The position numbers were made by a program, and so were the translations under genes. A stretch of 64,000 nucleotides of DNA from Gnetum montanum (lineage: Eukaryota; Plantae; Gnetophyta): contig MNCI01003108.1 in assembly GCA_015680685.1 (NCBI GenBank), positions 147,051 to 211,050 of the forward strand, in the 5' to 3' direction. The notes beneath the pieces were generated by a model, which was not told where the DNA came from, searched no databases, and was given only the letters and a program-made list of their open reading frames with translations. Of this stretch, positions 25,101 through 34,250 are shown piece after piece (position 1 is the first letter of the stretch; every line of letters begins with the position of its first letter).

Positions 25101-26505
25101 CCAGGAGGGTGTGGAGAGAGATAACGGGTGCCATGGGAACTACACCGACGTTCGAGCCTGACTGCAGCAAGTACCGCGCCGACGAGGAGCTATGGCGGCT
25201 GGTTATCCGCTGCGGCTGGGCTGACCTACTACAACGGCTGGTCGGTGACCCTGACCTTGCTGACGCCCCATTTTTTACTAACTGGCAAACTAACAGTACC
25301 TACTTCCAAGGGCGCGTGATTCGCCTCACTGAATCTGCCATTGCCAGTTGTTTGGGGGTCCCGGCCGCTGGGGAAATCGTCCTGCCAACCAACCGTGGCC
25401 TCCAGGACACCGTGGCCTTTTTCGAGGGATCGGCCCCAAGAACACAGAGCCGCCAGATCCCCCGATCTTCTCTCCCACGCCTCTGGGCCCGGGCCGCTGA
25501 CTTGGTGGACCGCTCTTTCGTCCAATCAGGCAACGTGTCAAAACTCCAGGGATTGCACTTCACTTTCCTGCGATGCTTGAAATATGGTGTCCAAATTAAC
25601 TTGCCTCGGTTTTTTCTTGAGACCCTCCGTCTTAAGCGACAAGGTCGCCATTCGGGGCTGATTTTGGCGTTATGGAGGGGGGCGGGGGACGGGGGGCGCC
25701 AGGTCCGTCCTCTGCCCCCCCTGGGGGGAGCATCGTTGCGACTCCCCCCCTGACATCCCCGCTCCCCCCAGCCCGACCACTCAACCTCCACGGATGGTTT
25801 TCGGCCTCACCTGGGGGCACCGATCCCATCGCAACTTGCCCCCCAAGCCCGACCCTCACCCCGCCCCCCAAACTGGGCGGCGGACTTACATCAGGCCGAG
25901 CAGGCGGCGGCTGCTACTGCTTGGGAGGCTGAGCGGCGGGAGTGGGAGGCAAAATGGACCGAGGCCCTGGCAAAGTCACAGGCAGAACACGAGGCCCAGC
26001 TCCGCGAACGAGAACAAGAGCTAACCCGACAACACGCGATCATGATGGAGGCCTCTCGTGCCCAACTCATTGATGAACTCCGAGACCAAATCAGAGAGGA
26101 GCTGCGCCAGGAGGAGGTGGCCCGTCAAGCCCAAGAGGCGGCGGCCCAGGAAGAGCAGAAACGCCTACAGGAAGAAGAAGAGCAACGGCAAAGGCAGTTG
26201 GACCGAGCGCACGAGCACAGTGCCCGGCAGTGGCTTAGGGGGGGTGCTGCCCATATAGCCTCTTGGGCATTAGTTGTGAGAGCTCCTGGGGAGACCTCCG
26301 GCGACACATCAGACGCACATCAGCAAAATACCATCAGGATGCGGGCGACTCATCGGCTGACCGGAGCAGGAGAGAGGCTGCTATGCAGGGCATCCAACAA
26401 GCGGCGAACTTCATGGACACCGAAGAGCATCGCAACACCATGGACTTGCTGCATGAGCTTGAACGGCCTCAGTGTGCCTGTTGCCATCTGCCCACTCGCC
26501 CCTAA
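22166..26505 (+). pseudogene. L1 ORF2: APE endonuclease - RT - zf-RVT - Transposase_32-like - coiled coil - J-domain
   Basis: MKILNWNCRG, VCLQETK, GDFN, SDH, KAPGPDG, GLRQGDPLSP, YADD, CPRC...H...C, then the extra module. Disrupted by TGA at 23612, N gaps and slips in C/G homopolymers. Confidence 0.88.
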
Positions 26506-26786
26506 GACCCCTCATCCCGCCCGCTGGGGGTGCACCCCACCCCCCCTGTTTTTGAGTTATGAGGTTTTGAGATCTGAGCCTTTCATGCTCTGAATTCTGC
26601 AATTTTGAGGGGTGTCGAGGTTTCCACCTCCTACCCCTCCCAGTGGGCCATCCCTGATGTCCCATTGCTTTGTATACTTGTGTACCATACTTCATAGTAA
26701 TACAAACCCGAACATTTATCAAAAAAAAAACAATTGAATGATGAAGTAACCATAGAATTGAATGAAGTAACAATTGAATGATGAAG

Positions 26787-27847
26787 AGGGGGGGTGCGGG
26801 CAAACCCCGAGGGGGGAGGGGGCAAGCACCGTCCATGGTCCGAAATAACACCCCCCCTTTGGGGTTCGTCGGCAGTCGACGGCAAGCGCAATGTGGGTGC
26901 TCCAGCTCATGAAGAAGGTCCAACATGTTTCAGTGGTCCTCCGTGTCCATGAAACTAGCGGCTTGCTAGATACCCTGCTCCTCTTCCTCCTGTATGCACT
27001 CCTGTTCCGCCCGCTCCGCCTCTTCACATTCCCTTTGAGCAACATCCTCCTACAGCAGTTCTTCCCGCACTTGGGCCCGGATTTCATCCACTAACCGGGC
27101 TCGGGTGGCGTCGGCCATGAGATCTTGCTGCCTCACCCTTTCCTGCTCCCGCTCGTAAAACTAGGCCTCCAAGTTGGCCTAGGCTTGCGCAAGGGCTTCG
27201 TGCCATTTGGCCTCCCACTCCCGCCGTTCAACCTCACGTGCTTCGGCTACAGCCCTCTTTGTGGCCTACTGTAGCTCCTCATTCCAATTCGTGTTGTGGC
27301 CAAAGGTTTCCGACGGGGGGGATTCCGGCCTGACGAGGCTGGTAGGGGGGCACCGTTCCCATTGGGTTTGCCGCTTCCGTGTGAAGGTTGTTGCCAGCAA
27401 GGTCCAGCGGTTCCCCCAGTTGGACGAAGCCGTAGGGCCAGGGGGCTCAACAAGGGGCTGGCAGGGGGGCACACTAAGACGGGTGCTGCCCCCCCTCTGC
27501 CCCCCGCCACAAGGCTAAGATTAACCCCGAATGGCAGCTGCGTCGTTTAAGTAGAAGGGTCTCCAGGAAAAAATGGAGAAGGTTAACCTAGCATCCCAAT
27601 TTCAGGCAACGCAAAAACGCAAAGTGTATGCCCTGGAGCTTGGAAACGTTGCCAGATTGGACAAAAAATCTGTCCACCAGATCTACTGCCCGGGCCCAGA
27701 GCCGGAGAAGAGAAGATCTGGGCACCTGCCAACTTTGTGTGCGTGGCACGGGCCCTTCGAAAAACAATTCCGCATGCTACAGACCACGTGTGGATGGTAG
27801 GATGACCTCTCCGGCAGCTTGGGCCCCAAGACAACTGGCGATTGATG
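26787..27847 (-). mobile_element. L1 3' fragment copy F
   Basis: SSIASCLGAQAAGEVILPST...HSGLILALW, coiled coil, then J-domain C-terminus only (internal deletion). Confidence 0.9.
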
Positions 27848-28386
27848 ATAGTTGCATTATGAAATATGGAAAGTCTCTTTGAAGTAATTTCCTTCAATGC
27901 TAATTAAGTGTTGTAAGTTCTACTATAGTTTAAATTTTTCTTTTATAAAAGTAATTTATTATTACTTTATTTTTCTTTAATGTATAGACCCATTTATTTA
28001 CTAGAATTTATATTCTTTTATTTAGGATAGAAAAAAAATGCCCCCAAGAGAATATATATATTTATATCAAAGGTATTTGTATATGAGTTGCACGTCATTT
28101 AGGCAGTAGAGAAAGGACCTAAATCTATGTGTGTGTGTTTGATCATGTATGTTTGTTTGCTTTCCATAAAATAAACTCACATAAATTATGATCAAAGGTC
28201 CTTTGAACCCTAGGATAAGCAATTTCACCTCATCTCATAAGCAGTAATTATGAGTATAATGCATTTCTTTGGTGTATCATCTATGAAGCATGTAATATTT
28301 TTAGGAAAACCTAAATAAATTTTAACAATGTATTCACCTCCATACATTGAATAGATAGATTGCATTGTTTATTTCCATCCATCATG

Positions 28387-29456
28387 TGTTACGAATGTGA
28401 AGCTAAATCTTGTAGCTTTGTTGCTTAATTAGTAAACATAACTTTTTGTAAGGGACGAGCTATTGGTAGTTAAAGGGTTCTTTCTACATGGTTTTATGGG
28501 GTCAGTTTTTAATTTTAAAATGGATTCCCTAGAATGTTCTACATTGTTGACATTCTTCTAGAAAGATAACTTTAAGAAATTTCTAGATTCAAGTCTAGAA
28601 CATAGCCTATTTAAAAATGAAATCCCTAGTCATTATATATAAGCACCTTATTTGGATCAATTAAGCAGTAAGAGCTAGAATTCTCCTGTGGAGATTTCCT
28701 TTTGTTGTTGAAGGTTTCACCTTGTAAATTTTGTGTTTCTTATTTGTTGTTTCATATTAGTTGTTCTGGTTCCCATTTTGATTTTGCATTTCATTAATTA
28801 TGTTTAGGATTTTTCGGTGGTGTTCTCTCTATGTTTTCTCTCGCATGTTGTCATTCTCTAGCCATGTGCTTTACTATGATATTTTTCACCAATACAATGG
28901 TATTAGAGCAAGGTTGAGGGCTTACTAGTTTCCTTTGTAGCTGGTTCTTTTGTATAGGCTGGAGCAAGGTTCCATAGTGCATACGTGTGATCATGCAAAG
29001 AATAGAATTTTTGAAAATCCTAAAGGGGGGAATGATAGGAATTTCATATTGGAGAAGTGCTTTTTTTCAGCAATAGAGAAACAAGTGGGAAGGTAAATTA
29101 TGAGTTATTTCTTTAGATTCACTTGGATTTTTTGGTTTTCTATTTTAGAGTTTCTTGTTTCAATGGGAGTCATAGATCCAAACATGGCTCTAGTTCATAA
29201 GCTCAATGGAAGTTTCTATGGCCTTTGAAAGATGAAGGCTATAGATTTGTTGTATGAAAAGGCATCAGATGTTCTTTTGACTGGAAAACCTTCTTCCATA
29301 ACCAATGAAGATTTTCAAAAATTGGATCAAAGGGCACTAGACTTGATTCATAGGTACATTGTAGATTCAATTCTGATAGAATACCATAAGGAAAAGTCAA
29401 CATCAAATTTTCTCAAGAAATTGGATTCAAGGTTTCAGGCTAATACATCCTATGAC

Positions 29457-29500
<44 letters not shown>

Positions 29501-31112
29501 NCTACATTGGTTTGAAATGCAAGAAACTGATAGACTTGTTGATTTTTGATAAAATTTAATACCACAATAGCAAATCTAGAAGCAATAGGTCACAAGGCTT
29601 TTAGCAATGAATGCTCAATTTTGTTAAGAGCATTGCCTTCATAGCAATGGACTATGAGGACATTATCAACATTCTTAGAATGGAAGAAGTGTGTTATTCT
29701 CAAAATAGATAAACTTCATCAGGAAGTCAAGTGCTGGTTACAAAGAGCAATAAGAAAAAGAGAAAACCAATTTGTTGGAAATGCAGTAAACATGAGAATG
29801 TAAAGAAAGACTGCAAGTTTGTTTCTACAACAGTGTATTTGAAGCTAAAGCAGTAATTGAATTTTGATGTCTATTATGTTCTTTGAATATGAAAATATAG
29901 ATGTCATATAGTTTGCAATCTTTTCTGTGTTGTGCCCATGTTTATGGTTACTACATAAAAAAGGGTGAACCTATTGATGCTGAAGAGAGATTCATTAAGC
30001 ACATGCTTGGTTGAGTAAATTTGCTGAAGCTGAAACTTGATAGGATGCCGAATGGAAAGATTCATGAATCCTCTTAGATTATACCTTCATAAGTGAAATC
30101 CAGAAAGAACCAAAAATCAACAAAATTTGGTATATTTGGTGAGTCTATCCAAAATCCCACAATTCATCCTCACAAAATCACCCAAAATCAAACAAATTTT
30201 TAAATTTGATAAATAGAATTCAAAGATTTAGCATCCAAAGACTCATGTAACCAAACATGCCCTCAAACTAGCCATTTTGGATCTCCCTTAAATAAGTGTG
30301 AGATTGTATGTAGTCTATTTATTCCCACAAGTTGACATAGGATCTTAGTTTTGCAAGGAGTTTAGGAGGCCCTAGTTAGTTCATCCATGGAAGTTTTCTC
30401 ATCGAGTCCATGATAACTACAATTGTGTTTACTCTATCATGTTCATGCCTTTGGTTAGTCCATCCATGGAAATTTTCTCATTGATGACGGCTTTCGTGGG
30501 ACATCTGTCATTGAGGCAAGATGCCATGTGAATGGAGGTGGTAACATCTTCATGTAGCAAATGAGTTACTCAATGGAGAAGCAAGATTTATCTTCAAGTG
30601 GGACATTCTTATGAATGTGAAGCTATATTTTGTAGCTTTAATGTTTAATTGATAAATATGACATTTTGTAAAGGATGAGCTATTATTAGTTAAAGGGTTC
30701 TTTTAGATGGTTTTGTGCAGTTCATTTTTAATTTTAGAAGTGATTCTCTGGAATGCTTTACATTAGTGAGATTTTTCTAGAATGATAACTCCAAATGTTT
30801 CAAGATTAGAGTTGGTAACATGGTTTTTGCTTATTTAATGGTGGAATCCCTCGTTATTGCATTTGAGCACCTCGTTTTGATTAATTAAGCAATAAGAGTT
30901 GAGCTTCGTCTATGGAGGTTTCCCTCTAAGGATTTTAACTCATAAATCATGTTTCTTATTTGTTATTTTGTATCAACTGTTGTTCTGGTTCAAATTTTGA
31001 TTTTGTATTCCATTGATTAACTTTACGATTTTTCTATGGTGTTATCTCTGTTTTATCTTGCACTTTATCATTTTTCTGGCCATGTGCTCTGCTATGCTAT
31101 TTTTTGCCAACA
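28387..31112 (+). mobile_element. Internally deleted Ty1/copia element with two diverged LTRs
   Basis: Similar segments of about 500 bp at 28387-28896 and 30607-31112; PBS-like TGGTATTAGAGC at 28898-28909; gag-like remnant 29163-29800. No clean TSD. Confidence 0.8.
29999..30262. mobile_element. PIF/Harbinger (Tourist-like) MITE nested in the copia remnant
   Basis: Terminal inverted repeats GCACATGCTTGGTT...AACCAAACATGCCC; flanks TAA/TCA. Confidence 0.6.
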
Positions 31113-31332
31113 TATTGACCTAGAAATAAAGATGGAACACCACTATCTAACCCTAACAATACATATGCTTACTTAAGCTTAAATCCTGATGCATTATCCC
31201 CTCATTTCTTAGAAACTAAAATATTTCAAGATTTCTCAAGAAATATTGGAATCAATCATGAAACATAAAACGATGCAAGAAATAAAAGAAAAAAATTAAG
31301 AATACCATTTGCAGAATCCAAGATCACCATAC

Positions 31333-31424
31333 CTTCCGGTTTTTTTCATCAATTGGTACACATTCAACTGCAAGTATGGTGTCAACATCATCAGCAGTTA
31401 CATTGTAATCTGGTTGATTAGCCC
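31333..31424 (-). CDS. Host gene exon
   Basis: atcAG|...|GTatg, 92 bp, (G)ANQPDYNVTADDVDTILAVECVPIDEKNRK; A9-repeat-like Y.VTADDVD..LAVEC.P motif. Confidence 0.9.
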
Positions 31425-31558
31425 CTGATTACAAACTGAGTTTAATACTTAAAATGAAACCTTCGCAAAACGTTTTAAACAAAACAAAAGATTCTATTTT
31501 ACAGTGCTATCAGAAATTTAAATAAGCATTTTAGAACGTTTTAAATGTCACCTATTAC

Positions 31559-31601
31559 CCTCAATATAAAATATCGTCCCATCTTGTTGATGACGAACCC
31601 A
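31559..31601 (-). CDS. Host gene exon
   Basis: ctAG|TGG...G|GTaat, 43 bp, WVRHQQDGTIFYIE(G). Confidence 0.9.
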
Positions 31602-31749
31602 CTAGAAGCAGTCAGAAAAAAACATTATAAAAGGTTTGAACCAGATTTGAATAGTCTTGTAACAATGAGTTCAAGCAACATAATGTCCTCTCCATAAGGT
31701 TTCTAGTAACAATCCTTGTTTTGAAAAAATAAGATCAACCAACACAAAC

Positions 31750-32155
31750 CTCAAAATTACAGAGATGAGTTCCATTTACTGAATGCCCACAAGCTTGTAT
31801 TGTTTTTCCAGGTATAGCTTCACCTGCAATTTGCAGATCTGTAATTCCTGGTAATGGATCATCTTCTGCAAATTCAGAGACCTTTGTATCAAGTTCACGA
31901 TGCATTGATAATTTCAGAAATTCACTATCTATATAAAATAAAGTACCATCTGACACAGAAAATGGCTGTCCTCCACGTTGAACAGGAGAAGCTAATTCAG
32001 AATTTTGTTTCTTCAGTTCATCCTTTTTCTCAAACCTATTATCAGGAGTTTGGTAAGTGTGAAGCTGATGGGTGGAGACGTAAGTTGGATCCACTCGTGT
32101 TTGCCAGTCTTTATCGAAACCAATTGAATTATCTGGAAACTGAAATTGCAAATCC
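31750..32155 (-). CDS. Host gene exon (start of AIR9-like Ig repeat)
   Basis: tgtAG|...|GTttg, 406 bp. Ends DDPLPGITDLQIAGEAIPGKTIQACGHSVNGTHLCNFE, the conserved motif of this family. Confidence 0.9.
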
Positions 32156-32887
32156 CTACATGTAAAATTCTTGGTCAGAATGCTACATTGATGTTAAGAA
32201 ACCTAAGTTCTTGTTTTCTGTTAAAATGCTTTCTAGAGGATGTAGTACCCCATATTTATACATCTGACTTTAATGCCCTATTACATCCTCAAAACTTGAA
32301 ATTGTTTTGAAGGTTATATATATTTATAGATGTACCTAATGCTTCCAAGTTAAGCAAATTTACTATTTATTTATAATTTCTTTCTAATTATTTAAGGTTT
32401 TAAGATTTTAAAAAATATGTTTGTATTAATAAATGTGAATGTTAATCTAGCATTATTTTGAAATAATACTTTAAAATTAATGAAAATAGTATATATGGTT
32501 TTTCCGTTTTTTGTTTGAATATTTAATTAATAAAAATGTGTCAAAATTAAAGTTGTTGGATTGCACTAAAATTTGGTGGACTTAATGTTATGTGTAGTGT
32601 AGAGATCTATAATTAGTTTCTCAATTCAACTTTCGAATGTTGAGATTTTAATGTTAAATGATTTAAAAAGTACATTGTGGGCCCACAGTTTCTTTGGTTA
32701 AATTAAAATATTAATTTTTACTTAGTTAACTAAGGCATGTTTGTAATTGTTCTGACTGGCTCAACACGTGTAAAATGTGAAATATATGAAACTGAAACCC
32801 AAAGTTTTACTTACATCCATTGAGACCCTTCAAACCAGTTTCAAAATTCCTTTTACAGAATTTTCTTAAAAAATTTATAACTCACTG

Positions 32888-32958
32888 CTGCCTAGTAGAA
32901 TTGAACCTGTGACCTAGGGTTACCAAGCTAAGACCCTTACCAATAGGCAAACACCTCA
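32888..32958 (-). mobile_element. tRNA-derived SINE head remnant
   Basis: Minus strand has A-box-like TGCCTATTGGT and B-box-like GGTTCAATTCT. Confidence 0.4.
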
Positions 32959-34250
32959 TTATGAATGAGGTTTAACATCAATGATGTTTGCTAGCCAAAA
33001 TATAGAAATTGTGAAGAATAGATAAACCACCACAAATAAATTATAAATCCTCATAGCCTTATAAAGTAAAAGTGACTAAAACCAAGTCAAAAAAGTGGGC
33101 CATACAAGAAAAGTCAATGTAGAAAAGTAGGTAAGATAGAGATGTGTACTTGATGCTACTTTTTGACATGCCCATAATGACATCTATATTTATTATGCAT
33201 ATTATCTACTTCATGTTAATGGCTGAAAAAGTAAAAATGACTCATTCAATAGGGACATGTTGCTCTCTTCCATATTTTCATTTTCACATCTTCACTCCCT
33301 CGTGAGCTTACTTGTCCAACTCAAGTAGTCATCATGTCATGAATAAAAAGATATTTCTCGAAACTAGGTTGTCTAGTCTTTGTCTAGTGTGTAAACTTTT
33401 GTGCACTAGTCTTTGCCCAAACTTTGGGGTTTCCTTCATCGTATAATTAAAAGGGGTTTTTCTCTTGTTTTCATCTTTGTGTCAAGAGGGGGAAGCTAGC
33501 ACTAGCCTAAGGAGGAAGCAAAAGATATGTTGTTATTCCTGGTTTCTTCTCAACCTATCTTTTGAACAATCTTGAGTGATCTTGTAAGTTCTTGGTGGAG
33601 GCTTGGAGTGCTGACCTTGCTGCTGTTGTTGGAGGCTAGGCTATAACAGCTGATTTTGTGAGATTGTTGGGTTAATTCTTGAGACTGCTGACTAGACAAC
33701 AACCCAATCTTAGAGGTCTGTATTCGGAATGTTTGTTATGCATAAATTATCAACAACTGTTGGTTGGTTGCCTTGGACAAGTTCAGGATCATTTCATAAG
33801 GAGATGTGGGATTTCCTTGTGAATTGTGGATCATGCATGGAATCATTCATAAGTCATGAATCTGATTTTTGGCATAAATATATTGGACTTATGAGTAAAA
33901 ACAATTTCTGTGTCATGTGTCCTTGGTATTTCATGTTTTTGTGATCATTACTAATGAATGTCTCCCATCATTCTATCCAAGGCTGGTGATCTCTTGTGTA
34001 GGCTACAAGGGCTTCATCTTTGGAGGTCCTTGATGGTGTTAGACCCCACATTTATCCAACCCTGCTGTTCTTCTTGTGTGGGTTACAAGATGTTATATGG
34101 TTAGAGGTACTTGGTATGTGACAAATGGATGGCCAAAGGGTTCATTCGTACTTATTAGAATAAAAAGAAATTGTGCATATTGATCATTGTTTGGGTCTTC
34201 TGCATGATGGAAAGTGAAGTGCACATGTTCTTTTTTTCTTTTCTTTCCTC

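Larger units (their letters stand above)
20656..26730 (+). mobile_element. Near full-length L1 copy B with 16-bp TSD
   Basis: TSD AACAATTGAATGATGA at 20640-20655 and 26729-26744; poly(A) 26721-26730; ORF1 and ORF2 present. Confidence 0.97.

Noticed and set aside
26042-26593. Coiled-coil ORF as an independent ORF3 or host gene
   Set aside because: Frame breaks in copy B fall in C/G homopolymers, and other copies show in-frame continuity with ORF2. It lies inside the TSD-bounded LINE.
32888-32958. tRNA gene
   Set aside because: A/B-box-like motifs only; no convincing cloverleaf, so treated as a SINE relic.
33335-34230. Possible LTR fragment next to LINE copy G
   Set aside because: LTR-like composition but no partner LTR, TSD, PBS or PPT could be established.
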